DNA of 64,000 bases from a virus. Its lineage: Duplodnaviria; Caudoviricetes. The translations under genes and the position numbers were made by a program. The DNA lies in the IMG/VR virus record IMGVR_UViG_3300042301_001596, positions 1,441 to 65,440 of that record, one strand, 5' to 3'. The notes beneath the pieces are model-generated. The model was not told the DNA's origin. It did no database searches and saw nothing but the letters and a program-made list of their open reading frames with translations. Below, in pieces: positions 26,522-36,969 of the stretch; position 1 is the first letter of the stretch; every line of letters starts with the position of its first letter.

Positions 26522-26686
26522 TTAGCCCTTTTTTCTTTTCTTCATGGCAGCTAATTTACTAGCTTTTTTGGGTAGCTTCATCCCCCTGCTCTCTCGGTTC
26601 CATTCTGCTACGTCAACTCCTTCTTTTTCAAGCTCTTTTTTATGTATATTAAAGTAGGCGGCTTGAGCCTTAGATTTGTATGGCAT
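26522..26686 (-). CDS. small basic protein (MPYKSKAQ family), not in ORF track
   Basis: manual translation, 54 aa, Lys-rich. Confidence 0.6.
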   Translation of the reverse strand: MPYKSKAQAAYFNIHKKELEKEGVDVAEWNRESRGMKLPKKASKLAAMKKRKKG

Positions 26687-26699
26687 ATCTAATTTTTTA

Positions 26700-29600
26700 T
26701 TATTCCTGCTCTTGTTCTTCTTCCTGCTCTAACCCTAATACCTCTTCCCAAGTTAATTTTAAATCTTCTTTTAAATATTCTTCTGGTCCTGGCTTTTCAC
26801 CAAATAACTTCTTTTTAATTTTTTTGGTTGCAAGAGTTTTTATTTTATTTATCGCACTTATTAAATCCTCCTTTGAAACCTCTGAGATTGGCTTCATTAC
26901 CGTAGTTTCATCTACCAAAACAGGAACGCCTTTTTCATATATTTTGGTAATATAATCGCCAACCAATTCATCTCTCTCTTTTACAAACTCATCAAACTCT
27001 TTGCTTGTTATGGGTTTACCAGCTGGATCTTCATTATAGTTAACCATGAGATTCTTATCCATTGTACTAGAAACCTGAGTATCATCTAATAAAGATTGTA
27101 AATCTCTTTTATCGTACATTTTTTCATTTACCACCTTGATACCATTAAAAGCAGGTATTGCTCTTTTTAAAATAGCATCTGTGCCATCTATCTTAATTTG
27201 TTCTCTTAATTCATTCAAAAATAATGGCTCAAATAAATCACTAGCAATCTGCCCTTTATTATCCAATGTATACTTTTTACCTTGAAAATTCTCTGAAAAT
27301 GCTAAATCAGTCGCAACACCAACAAATGGAGATGCTTTACCTCTAAAGAATTTATATGTTTCTGCTTTAGCATCAAATTTAACAGGCTTCCCGTTAATTG
27401 TTTTTCCTCTCATTGTCATCATTGCCAAGTATCTCACATAAGGAGTAAACCTACCAAATATATTGTAAGACCATCCATTTTTTGTATCTCTTACTTGACC
27501 AAATGTTACGCTCGTTGGATCACTATCTACTTCTTTATCTGGATCAAGTGCCATTGCACCCATAATCAACGCTCCCATAGACAAACCTGCTGCCGTTTCC
27601 TTTAAGGCATATTTTCTAACTTCTGGAGTCATTGCCCTATAGTACCCTTTATTTTTTCCAAGGTTAGCAACATCTCCTAGTCCCATTATATTCATTGATG
27701 AGGACATAAGTCCCGGCGCCCAAAATAATGCAGAAATTATAGGCTCTGATCTTTTTATTAATTCAGATTGATGTATTTTACCTCTACCAGTAATGTTATT
27801 TGCATAACTAGCTAAGCTTTTAAAATCTTCAAGATTATTATCTAACGTCTTACCTTTGGCTATTAATTTTTCTGCTCCTCTTAAAAATATCTGTAATCTA
27901 AATTCATTACTAAATGCGGCAAAAACTCTCTCAAATGGAGAAGATATATCTGATGCTTTGTATGTTTTTTTGGTGATTTCGCCCGGATATGTTTCCCATT
28001 TTCCTTCTTTATTTTGAACAGAATATGGTTCTCCTTTTTTAGATACAGTAAACTTTATTTTATCTAACCAGTTTTGCCCACCAAATTGTTCATTTGTAAT
28101 TGATTCTCTGAATCCTTTTGGATCAATAATATCCAATCCAGACCTTTTAATCATATCAATCAAAGGCTTATTCTCAAAAATAGAAACAAGCCTTCTTCTA
28201 AAATTTTTTTCACTGAAAGCAACATCCAATTGCGCACCTAATCCTTTTGCTGTAGCCTTTATATTCATTGGGTTCAAAACAGCAAGTCCATTCTGGATAA
28301 ACACAACAGAGTTATCAAAGCCTGCTTTTAATGCTTTTTGTGTATTAATTCCTTCTTTAATAAATTTACCACTTACAGCAAAAGCTTTTTGAAAACCCTT
28401 TTTAGAATCCATTTCTTCCTTAGCCAACTTTTGAATATACTCAAACTTTAAATTATCTAGCTTATCCCTAGCATCTAATAGTTTATTAAATAATTCTGGA
28501 TTCTTTTTCCTTAATTCAGTATCATCTAATATATTTAGACGCTTTGGCTTTTCTGAATAATCCCCTTCTTTAATTCTTCTTTCAAATTCAGCTATTTGTG
28601 ATTCAATATTTTTTATAGAACCCTCTAACTTTTTCTTACCTTCATTATAATAACCAGCTTCTTCTCTAGCTTTTACTAATTGCTTGTTTAAATCAGCTAT
28701 TCTTTGATTCTTCTTAATCTCCTCTCTTTCTGTTTTTGGTTTACCTGCTTTTACATCTTCAATTTCATTAAGAATTTTAGCTTCCTTCTTTAAGCCTTCT
28801 AGTTTTGTTTGTATTTCTGATTTAGTTTCTCTTGGCTTACTATATTTGCCAGCAATCATATCCTGCACATCCTTTTTAGTAAGTCCGGCTAAGTCAGATT
28901 CCAAAAAACTATGCACTTTATTAACTATATCTTCAAGTTTTACTTCTTCAAGTTTTTCAATTGCTTCTCCGACATACAATCTAGCTAATTTTGCAACATC
29001 TGGAGCTATTTCAATAAACTTGTCAACATATGGTATAGGAACTGCTGTTAATTTATTTGACCTTAACTTTTTTCTAATATCATCAATTACTTTACTTCTT
29101 TCAGCAGCGTAATCTATCTTTTTCTTTGGAGCTTCACCTAATCTAATAGTTTTCTTTGTTTCTTCTACTTCCCTATTGGTTAATTCTTTAGCAGCAGCTT
29201 CATCTACCTTAGCTCTTAACTCCTCTACTTCCTTTTCTAATTTTGATATTTTCTCAAAATCAGCTTTTGCTTCTGCTTTTTGTTTTTCAGTCAATACTTC
29301 TACCCCATTCTTATCCATCTTATCAATGTAATAATCAGAGATAGTTGACATTGGCGGAGGCATACCCTTTCTAGCCTGCAATTGCCTAGCTGCATCAGTA
29401 CCAATCAAGTCATTAATTTGAACTAATCTTCTTTGCTTAGAAAGCAATTCATCAGTTGGGTTTTCTGCTATCTTAGCATCTAATTCAAGATTCAAAATCT
29501 TTACAACTTCTTGGCCAAAAGAGGTGGCGGCCTTTTTAGATTCTATGTCGCTCAATAATTTATTTACATCACCTCCAGCCTTCAACCACTCTTCAGCTTT

Positions 29601-29813
29601 TCTATTTGCCTCAATATTGGTAACTACATCTGGATCATAACTTTTCATGCCAAGCATCTCTCTTCTTATCTGATTAGCTGCTTTGTTAATGCCTCTAACT
29701 TCTGATTTCGCCCCAGCCAATTCTTCAGAAAAAGATTCTAAGTTTTTAGCTAAGTATTCTTTAAGCTGCGCTTCGTTGTACTCAATTCCGTCTATAATGT
29801 AAATGCAACCCAT
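26700..29813 (-). CDS. large internal virion/ejection protein
   Basis: 1037 aa, helical, hydrophobic segments near the C-terminus; position after the muzzle. Confidence 0.65.
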   Translation of the reverse strand: MGCIYIIDGIEYNEAQLKEYLAKNLESFSEELAGAKSEVRGINKAANQIRREMLGMKSYDPDVVTNIEANRKAEEWLKAGGDVNKLLSDIESKKAATSFGQEVVKILNLELDAKIAENPTDELLSKQRRLVQINDLIGTDAARQLQARKGMPPPMSTISDYYIDKMDKNGVEVLTEKQKAEAKADFEKISKLEKEVEELRAKVDEAAAKELTNREVEETKKTIRLGEAPKKKIDYAAERSKVIDDIRKKLRSNKLTAVPIPYVDKFIEIAPDVAKLARLYVGEAIEKLEEVKLEDIVNKVHSFLESDLAGLTKKDVQDMIAGKYSKPRETKSEIQTKLEGLKKEAKILNEIEDVKAGKPKTEREEIKKNQRIADLNKQLVKAREEAGYYNEGKKKLEGSIKNIESQIAEFERRIKEGDYSEKPKRLNILDDTELRKKNPELFNKLLDARDKLDNLKFEYIQKLAKEEMDSKKGFQKAFAVSGKFIKEGINTQKALKAGFDNSVVFIQNGLAVLNPMNIKATAKGLGAQLDVAFSEKNFRRRLVSIFENKPLIDMIKRSGLDIIDPKGFRESITNEQFGGQNWLDKIKFTVSKKGEPYSVQNKEGKWETYPGEITKKTYKASDISSPFERVFAAFSNEFRLQIFLRGAEKLIAKGKTLDNNLEDFKSLASYANNITGRGKIHQSELIKRSEPIISALFWAPGLMSSSMNIMGLGDVANLGKNKGYYRAMTPEVRKYALKETAAGLSMGALIMGAMALDPDKEVDSDPTSVTFGQVRDTKNGWSYNIFGRFTPYVRYLAMMTMRGKTINGKPVKFDAKAETYKFFRGKASPFVGVATDLAFSENFQGKKYTLDNKGQIASDLFEPLFLNELREQIKIDGTDAILKRAIPAFNGIKVVNEKMYDKRDLQSLLDDTQVSSTMDKNLMVNYNEDPAGKPITSKEFDEFVKERDELVGDYITKIYEKGVPVLVDETTVMKPISEVSKEDLISAINKIKTLATKKIKKKLFGEKPGPEEYLKEDLKLTWEEVLGLEQEEEQEQE

Positions 29814-29825
29814 TATTTATAAGTA

Positions 29826-30326
29826 TTATTGTTTTGATAAATATCTATCAAATTCTAAAATAGCCGCTTCGTTTGTACCACATCTGTTATAACGACTAAT
29901 CAAATCACCATAAGTTCCAACTGCTTTTAATTGGATTGTAACAAACTGCTGCATGAATATACCTACTGCGCAATCTTCTTCATCAGCTTCCTCGTAGAAT
30001 TTTTTGTATTGGTTATATACATCTAATTCCATGTCATAAGCTACTTGTAAAGCTGTTGCAATTGAATCAATTTCATCTTCAATAGCATCTATTTTTGGAA
30101 CATCTGCCACATCACCCATATCATTGATGAAATCAACAAATATCTGGTAATGAGTAAGCTCCTCAGCACTTTCTGCTAAGAAATACTTTTGACCACCGAA
30201 GTAACCTAATCTTTGTAAATTGTTTGCTATATGCTTCCAAAGATTAGATTGGTAAAGTTCTGCATATATTGCTTTCTGCAAGCCCTTTTTCATGCTAGGG
30301 CTTAATAAATTTTTTACGTTGGGCAT
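29826..30326 (-). CDS. ferritin-like protein
   Basis: AELY...GYFG...YFLAESAEELTH...MELDV...FVTIQ four-helix di-iron pattern; 166 aa. Confidence 0.8.
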   Translation of the reverse strand: MPNVKNLLSPSMKKGLQKAIYAELYQSNLWKHIANNLQRLGYFGGQKYFLAESAEELTHYQIFVDFINDMGDVADVPKIDAIEDEIDSIATALQVAYDMELDVYNQYKKFYEEADEEDCAVGIFMQQFVTIQLKAVGTYGDLISRYNRCGTNEAAILEFDRYLSKQ

Positions 30327-33300
30327 TTTATTTGGATTTTTAATTTTTCTACTAAGTTCTCAAAGTTACGATCTACAAAGTCTTTTTTAGCATTTTCTTT
30401 AGCTTTTTTACTAGCCTTATTTACAGCTTCTTTGTATTCTTTTGCTAACTCTGCTTCTGGAGCTTTTTCAGTAACCTTTCCCTTGCTAACTTCTTTACTA
30501 ACTTCTCCCTCACCTTCGGTTCTAAGTTGTTGATTTTCTGCTTTAAACTCTGCTTCATATTGATTTATTAAATTGTTTATATGTTCTTCTGATGCCTCTC
30601 CCTCAATTTGCTCATCTAATGGCTTCCTTAATTCCTTTTCTAACCTTTCTTGTTCTTCCAAATACTGTTCAGCATATTGCTCAGCTACCCTCATTTCCTC
30701 TTGCTCTATCTTATACTCAGCATTATATCTTTCTAAATAAGCTTTGCTTGCATCTAACCTTGTATTGTTATTCCCAATTTCAGACATCAATGCGTCTTTA
30801 ATATCTCTTTCAGATATTTTTTGACCACTAGCTTCCCATAATCTATGAGCTAAATCATCTAAAGACTCTGTACCACCTGCGTAATCTCTGGCTTTTACCT
30901 CAGCTGTTTTAAGCTCTCTACGTCCAGTATTTAAAGAAGCTCTTTTAGTAGTGCCAGACACCTCATTAATAGCATCTTGACTTACTTTTCCACCTTCAGC
31001 TAAATACCTTAATGCTACTTGCTCTGCATCACTAGGAGGCTCCATTTCAGCAACTCTACTATGTATCTTTTTAGCTTCAGCCCTATCTAAGTCTTTTTGA
31101 GCAAATGTTTTTTCTTCTTTTGGCTTTTCGGTAACTATAATTTTTTCTTCTACAGGAGCTACTTCTTTTTTACCAAAAGGCAACTTAAAGTCAATTGTTT
31201 CTCGCAATTCTTCTTTTGTTGTTCCGGTAAATTCAAGTCCTTTTGACTCTGCCCACTTTTTTATTTCACTAACCGTTTGAGGACTTGCGGTTACTTTTCC
31301 CTGTTTTTTAAATTCAATTCTAAATACAGAATTGCCATTTTTTATATCTGTGTTTACAATAATACTACCATCTTTTATTTTACCTGTTTTACCAATAGGA
31401 AATGTTTTATAGTAATCTTTTGTAATGCTCTTTTCATTTTTTTCTATTTCTTTTTCACTTAATTCAACTTTTTCTTTTGGCTTTGCTTCAGTTAACTTAA
31501 CTTTTTCTGTTACTTTAACTTCTGGTTTTACTCCTTCCAAAGAAGATAATTTTGCATTATACTTGGCATTAACCAATTTTTCATTAGCAACAATTGGAGT
31601 CATTTTATTGATTTCCGCATCAGTAAATCCATATTTTTTTAAATCTGATTCAAGCTTTTTGGTTATCATAGCCGGAATACCTTTCTTTAAATCATCTAAC
31701 TCTGTTTGCCGCTCTTTTTCTATATCAGCTTTCTTAGATTCTATATCTTCTATTGCTTTTACTTCAGTTGGTTTAACTTCTTCTAAAGATTTTAATTCTG
31801 CATTAATTTCAGCTATTCTGCCTTCTCTTTTATCTAATAAATTTTTATACTCTGCATCTGACATACCTAATTGCAAAGGTTTTAAATTATATTCATCTAA
31901 CTCATTTTGTAATTCAGATTTTCTTTGTTTTACATCTTCTGTCACTTTAACTTCTGTAGTAGAAGTTTTTGTTTTAGGCTGTTCAAATTTACCTAATTCA
32001 TAATCAGCTAAAGATTTTGGAACTGTTACTCTAACAAACTTTTCTATCGTACCATCTGGCAAAGTATTCTCACCACTTGACGATATTCTTTCTTTAAATA
32101 CTTCTGGGACTTCTGCTTCAGATTTATATGTAAATGTAACTATATTACCCTCTATTGATTCTTTTGCTTGCTGTTCTATACTAGGTTTTTTAACTTCAGC
32201 AGGGACTATCCCTTCTCCAACCTTAAATCCAGTAACATCATCTACTTCTTCAGAAATACCAGTTTCATCTTTTGATTTAATTACCTTTTTAATTTGATTG
32301 TCGTAGAAATCAACTTCTTTATTTTTATCAGCTATTTCTAAGTCTATTTCTTTTACTATTGCAGGAGTAACCGTTTTTTTCTTTTCCTCTAAATCTTTAA
32401 TTTCAGATTTTATATTATCTGTTTTTTCTGTCAAACCAGTAACTGAAGCTACTTTTTCTTCAGGAACAAAATCCTGAACCTTAGCCTTAGTTTCAACAAA
32501 TTTTGGAATCTCATCTAATGTCCTTTTACCATCAGGATATTTTTCTGCTATGACATTTAAAACTTCTTTAGGAACAGTTGATAATACATTCTTAGCTGCT
32601 GAAGATAAATATTTTGGCCCTATGTGAGCTACCTTAAAGGCGGCATCCATAATAGCATAATCTCCGGCCTCTCTAAAGCCATTTTCAATTGCCTCCGCAT
32701 CTGTCACTTTGTACCCTGCGCGTTGCTGTATTTTTGACCTTTCATATCCAGCAATACCGCCAGTCCCAGAAACTACACCAATACTCTTAAGAGCATTACC
32801 AGCTGCTTTTATAAAAGACTCTTTAGCTGCGTTTGGTATTATACTTCCGCCAGCTTTACCACCAACCCCTCTAGCCATAACAGCCGCAACTAATGCGTCT
32901 GGTATTGCTGAAATAGGAGCTATTTCCATAGCTTTCTTAGCAGCTGAAACTCTATCCATACCTTCTTCCAATCCTCTTTGGTATAATTCTCTTCTTTGAT
33001 TGGCCAAAGCATTGTAATACATTTCACCAACCATTGCAGTTTGCCCTACATAAGGTATGGCTGTCAATGCCGCTAATTTAGGTAATCCACCTACTAATCC
33101 ACCTAAATAACCAGAAACGGCAGAAGGCGCTTCTTGTGGAACATTTGGTTCCTTTCTTATTTTTTCATCTAATAAATTGGCAAGCTCTTCTGGACTATCT
33201 GTAAAATTAATTTCAGTAGATTCTATAGGATCTTTTAAACTCCTAACAAATGAATCACCAGCGGATTCAAAAAATCCTTGACTTCTAACTAAATATTCTT

Positions 33301-33847
33301 TACCATCCTTACCTGTTACTTTAGTTAAATCTCCGTTTATAGACTTATCAACGTATTCTTGTATTTGTTTCTTAGCAGCAGGTTTTGAAGGATCAAATTT
33401 CAATCCCTTCTTTTTATATATATCTGCTAACGTATTTACCGCTACATCATTTAGCTTAAGTTCATTTTCATAAGCAAGAGCTTCTTGCTTTGGCAAATTA
33501 GTAGGTATACCTAATACTGGCTCTTTTTTCTGAACAGGAGCTGCAACAGGCTTTGGAGCACCTGTTTTAAGTAAATCAATTTGCTTTTGACTAAATCCTT
33601 GTAATGGTAATCCTGTAGGGGAAGATTCTGTGCCACCAACTTTTTTTTTTAATCCCATGTCTACAGAAAACACATCATACTCAGGTACATCATAACCATC
33701 ACTAACTAATGTATTATGCAATCTTTTTGCCTTATTAGAATCAGACATATCTGCCTTAAAGGTATTAAAATCTGGAAGATCATATTCATTCTTTATATTA
33801 TTATAAAGACGAACTATTGGATCTGGTTGCACTTTATTATCTACCAT
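30314..33847 (-). CDS. large internal virion/ejection protein
   Basis: 1177 aa, Ala/Gly-rich membrane-like middle, Glu/Lys-rich C-terminal half. Confidence 0.65.
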   Translation of the reverse strand: MVDNKVQPDPIVRLYNNIKNEYDLPDFNTFKADMSDSNKAKRLHNTLVSDGYDVPEYDVFSVDMGLKKKVGGTESSPTGLPLQGFSQKQIDLLKTGAPKPVAAPVQKKEPVLGIPTNLPKQEALAYENELKLNDVAVNTLADIYKKKGLKFDPSKPAAKKQIQEYVDKSINGDLTKVTGKDGKEYLVRSQGFFESAGDSFVRSLKDPIESTEINFTDSPEELANLLDEKIRKEPNVPQEAPSAVSGYLGGLVGGLPKLAALTAIPYVGQTAMVGEMYYNALANQRRELYQRGLEEGMDRVSAAKKAMEIAPISAIPDALVAAVMARGVGGKAGGSIIPNAAKESFIKAAGNALKSIGVVSGTGGIAGYERSKIQQRAGYKVTDAEAIENGFREAGDYAIMDAAFKVAHIGPKYLSSAAKNVLSTVPKEVLNVIAEKYPDGKRTLDEIPKFVETKAKVQDFVPEEKVASVTGLTEKTDNIKSEIKDLEEKKKTVTPAIVKEIDLEIADKNKEVDFYDNQIKKVIKSKDETGISEEVDDVTGFKVGEGIVPAEVKKPSIEQQAKESIEGNIVTFTYKSEAEVPEVFKERISSSGENTLPDGTIEKFVRVTVPKSLADYELGKFEQPKTKTSTTEVKVTEDVKQRKSELQNELDEYNLKPLQLGMSDAEYKNLLDKREGRIAEINAELKSLEEVKPTEVKAIEDIESKKADIEKERQTELDDLKKGIPAMITKKLESDLKKYGFTDAEINKMTPIVANEKLVNAKYNAKLSSLEGVKPEVKVTEKVKLTEAKPKEKVELSEKEIEKNEKSITKDYYKTFPIGKTGKIKDGSIIVNTDIKNGNSVFRIEFKKQGKVTASPQTVSEIKKWAESKGLEFTGTTKEELRETIDFKLPFGKKEVAPVEEKIIVTEKPKEEKTFAQKDLDRAEAKKIHSRVAEMEPPSDAEQVALRYLAEGGKVSQDAINEVSGTTKRASLNTGRRELKTAEVKARDYAGGTESLDDLAHRLWEASGQKISERDIKDALMSEIGNNNTRLDASKAYLERYNAEYKIEQEEMRVAEQYAEQYLEEQERLEKELRKPLDEQIEGEASEEHINNLINQYEAEFKAENQQLRTEGEGEVSKEVSKGKVTEKAPEAELAKEYKEAVNKASKKAKENAKKDFVDRNFENLVEKLKIQIKCPT

Positions 33848-33849
33848 TT

Positions 33850-35169
33850 TTAATAAGCTTTTTTCTTTTTACCTGATTTATTCTTACCGCGTACTAATTT
33901 AACCTTAGAGCCGCTTGGTAATGCGCGAGAAACTACTGAAGCTCTAATTTGAGATTCTGGTATTATTTGTGTTTTACCCCAATCAATTATATCTGTATTA
34001 ACACCTGTTGGTTTACCTGTTTTTTTATCTCTTTCTTTTTGATAAACAATGCTGTAATACTGATTATCATTAAGACCTCTTCCTACTATTGCTGTCTTTT
34101 TGTCTTTACCTAAATCTTTTAATATAATTTCAGGTAAATTCATGATTTCAATATTTTCTCCTTCTACACCAGCAAAAGTTTTTCCTAACCTTGCGTCAGA
34201 AAGATACTGGTCAACTGGATCAACATAATCCTCCTCATCATCTGCTGCTGCTCTCGCATTTATAGCTGCCTGAGTTTTATTGAATTTAGTTTCCCAATCA
34301 TAATCTGCTGCCTCTTCTTTTATCAATCCGCCCGGCTTTTGAGTTAATGCATAACCAACAGCTAAATCAGCACCACTTGATATATCTTTATTAAACTTTT
34401 TCCTAAAATTTTCATTTATTTGAGAAGTAAAATCTTTATCTTTAAATAATTCATCAAAATGCTCTTTTGTTCCTCTGTTGCTTTTATATTCGTTAATAGC
34501 ACCTAGCATCGCATTTTTTACTGTATTATCATCTAAACTTTCATAAGTTTTTTTAATAACCTTTCCTGTTGGTTTATTATTTATAATTTCTTTTTCAAAA
34601 ACCTCTTTAGTAGGTAATTTTATCCCACCCCACACATTAGTAGTAAATTTCTTTTCATCATGTGGATCATATATATCTACCTGCATAATATCTGGAGGTG
34701 TATAACCAGCCCCTACAGGCAGCATTGCATTATTCATTACATCTAAATAATTATCAGAAACACGTTTACCAGACTTAATAGCCTGATTGATATAATCCTT
34801 AAATGCTTTTCTTTCAGCGGTAGCTTGTTTACCTTGCTCAATAAACCCTTGCAAATCTTTGAACCCGGCCATTAATGTTGACTGTGCATCATAACCATAC
34901 TTTGAAGGGTTGGTAATTGCTTGCTTATTTTTAATACCAAATTCTTGAACTTCTTTCAATTTCTTGGCAAAAATATCAACCTCGGCTTTAGATAAACCAG
35001 CAGGATTTAAAGACTTTTCATAATCCTTAAAATACTTGTCTACAGCTTCAGCTTTAGCTTGCTGTTTTTGCATAAGACCAATAGCTAATTGAGTTGGCTT
35101 AGATGAAACATCTATAGCCACATTTCCGCCTCTAAATGGGTTTATACCCAGTAATCCTGTACTTGCCAT
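33850..35169 (-). CDS. internal virion/ejection protein
   Basis: 439 aa, helical, podovirus ejectosome position. Confidence 0.6.
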   Translation of the reverse strand: MASTGLLGINPFRGGNVAIDVSSKPTQLAIGLMQKQQAKAEAVDKYFKDYEKSLNPAGLSKAEVDIFAKKLKEVQEFGIKNKQAITNPSKYGYDAQSTLMAGFKDLQGFIEQGKQATAERKAFKDYINQAIKSGKRVSDNYLDVMNNAMLPVGAGYTPPDIMQVDIYDPHDEKKFTTNVWGGIKLPTKEVFEKEIINNKPTGKVIKKTYESLDDNTVKNAMLGAINEYKSNRGTKEHFDELFKDKDFTSQINENFRKKFNKDISSGADLAVGYALTQKPGGLIKEEAADYDWETKFNKTQAAINARAAADDEEDYVDPVDQYLSDARLGKTFAGVEGENIEIMNLPEIILKDLGKDKKTAIVGRGLNDNQYYSIVYQKERDKKTGKPTGVNTDIIDWGKTQIIPESQIRASVVSRALPSGSKVKLVRGKNKSGKKKKAY

Positions 35170-35918
35170 TAAAAAATCTTTTTAGGTGTACTTGTTTGAA
35201 AATATTCCTTAAGTTTGGGAGGTAATTTCGGTTTATTTCCCGGCATACCAATAATATCAGACGATAATGATGCATTTGATAATGTTGGAGAATTTGATTT
35301 ATTACCAAATAAACCTTTAAATGGATTTTGTCCCGGATTACTATCCATATACTGCATACCTCCAGCTGCCGCATTACTTAAACCTTGCCCTAGCATTTGC
35401 ATACCAGCATTATATCTTTCACCAGCAGCAGCTCCTTTCATTTGCTCTAATTGAAGTTTACGTTGATAAGGAGTCATTGTATTTATATCAAACAATTCAT
35501 CTTCATTTGCTTTTTTCATTTGAGTCGCTCTTCCTAATTCAGAAAACCTTTGACTTCTAGCGTATTCGCCACCAAGAATAGCATTATTTAAAGCCTCCCC
35601 TTTTAATCTAGAAAGTTTTGTTACACCACCAATGGCCCCTTTTCTATCTTGCAATGCACTTATACCAGCGGCTGCAGTCCTGTCTGCATTGCGCGTAGCC
35701 TGTTGATAAGCAGCTGATTGATAAGGACTTTCTGTAAATCTATTTAAAGCTTGTTGATAGTAATCATTTAGTGATTTACTCTCTTTTCTTAATGGGCTAT
35801 TTTTAGCTAAATTTTCTAATTGAGCTTCTGCTGATTTCTGTTCTCTTCTTGCTTTGGCTGCTTTAGCGCCACCCCAAATAGCACTACCAACTGATACCCC
35901 TGTTGTCATCCAACTCAT
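35169..35918 (-). CDS. small ejection (DNA pilot-like) protein
   Basis: Gly/Ala-rich N-terminus (TTGVSVGSAIWGG), Gln/Ala-rich helix. Confidence 0.65.
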   Translation of the reverse strand: MSWMTTGVSVGSAIWGGAKAAKARREQKSAEAQLENLAKNSPLRKESKSLNDYYQQALNRFTESPYQSAAYQQATRNADRTAAAGISALQDRKGAIGGVTKLSRLKGEALNNAILGGEYARSQRFSELGRATQMKKANEDELFDINTMTPYQRKLQLEQMKGAAAGERYNAGMQMLGQGLSNAAAGGMQYMDSNPGQNPFKGLFGNKSNSPTLSNASLSSDIIGMPGNKPKLPPKLKEYFQTSTPKKIF

Positions 35919-36406
35919 AAAATACTTTTTATGTTATTTAAAATATCTTTATATTCAATATGAATATTAGTACCAGTCAATAAATTTACATGTGGCTCTA
36001 ATATCTTTTCTTCTATTTTATTTACAATCTCCTCTTGCTCTGTAACACTCAAATCATTAAACTCGGATTTCATATCATCTAATGGATGATAAGTTGTCCA
36101 AATACAATCTTCAATAACATATAAAACTCTTCTAGTTCCGGGTTTCGTTATTCCAGTGTAAGGAGCGGTTATTTGATCCCATTCCCCACCGTCTATTGAA
36201 ACCGCAACCATACCATAAGAAACAGTATACGGATGCTCGGTTTTATGAATTTTACTTGTAATCAAAGAACCGGCAGGCATAAATATTTCTCTAATATACA
36301 GACCATTAGTAAACATGTGTTTAACTGGGCAATCTACAACATCAAAATTAGATAGCATTACTACTTCTAATTCATCAATTACGTTGTCGTTGCTTCTAGC
36401 TATCAC
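35915..36406 (-). CDS. cupin-fold phage protein
   Basis: HxFxxGLYIRE...PAG...KIHKTEH...APY...PGTRR...WTTYH pattern. Confidence 0.7.
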   Translation of the reverse strand: MIARSNDNVIDELEVVMLSNFDVVDCPVKHMFTNGLYIREIFMPAGSLITSKIHKTEHPYTVSYGMVAVSIDGGEWDQITAPYTGITKPGTRRVLYVIEDCIWTTYHPLDDMKSEFNDLSVTEQEEIVNKIEEKILEPHVNLLTGTNIHIEYKDILNNIKSIL

Positions 36407-36951
36407 TACCTATTATTTAATGGCGAATTAATATATTTAGTCGTTGCGCTGTTCAAATATACGAAAGAATTTGCACTTGCTTTCTCAAATTTTATAACAA
36501 TATAATTGCCCTTTAGGCTATCCCCCTCAATAAGTCCTCCGGGGCTATTTGCATCCCTTAAAAATGATGCATGATATTCAGATTCTAAAGTTTCAAAATC
36601 CGTTGCTAAAAGCTCACTATCCTGTCTGGCCCCTGCACTCTCCATTTGGGTGTATATATCTGGACAAGCCCATACTGCGCTACCTGTTTCCATAACAGAA
36701 ACCCAAGTCTTTTTATCTAATGAATTTGAGTTAAATACCGGGGTAATGGATGCATTATATTGAGTACCATAGAAATTACAATAAGGACTCGTTCCATGCT
36801 TCCAGATTCCGCCATTTTTAAACGTAAACATAGTAGTATTCACCTCACCCATAAATTCAGGGTGATACGAGTAAAATGACTCAAAAGCATTATCAGGCTC
36901 TGAAAAAACTATGGTAAATGGATCTTGATGAAAATATAATGTATTTGCCAT
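36406..36951 (-). CDS. C-terminal module of the tail stabilisation/muzzle protein, encoded separately
   Basis: TIVFSE...FESFYSYHPE...FTFKNGGIWKH...NFYGTQY resembles muzzle C-termini. Confidence 0.65.
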   Translation of the reverse strand: MANTLYFHQDPFTIVFSEPDNAFESFYSYHPEFMGEVNTTMFTFKNGGIWKHGTSPYCNFYGTQYNASITPVFNSNSLDKKTWVSVMETGSAVWACPDIYTQMESAGARQDSELLATDFETLESEYHASFLRDANSPGGLIEGDSLKGNYIVIKFEKASANSFVYLNSATTKYINSPLNNR

Positions 36952-36969
36952 TTAATTTAATTTATTTAA

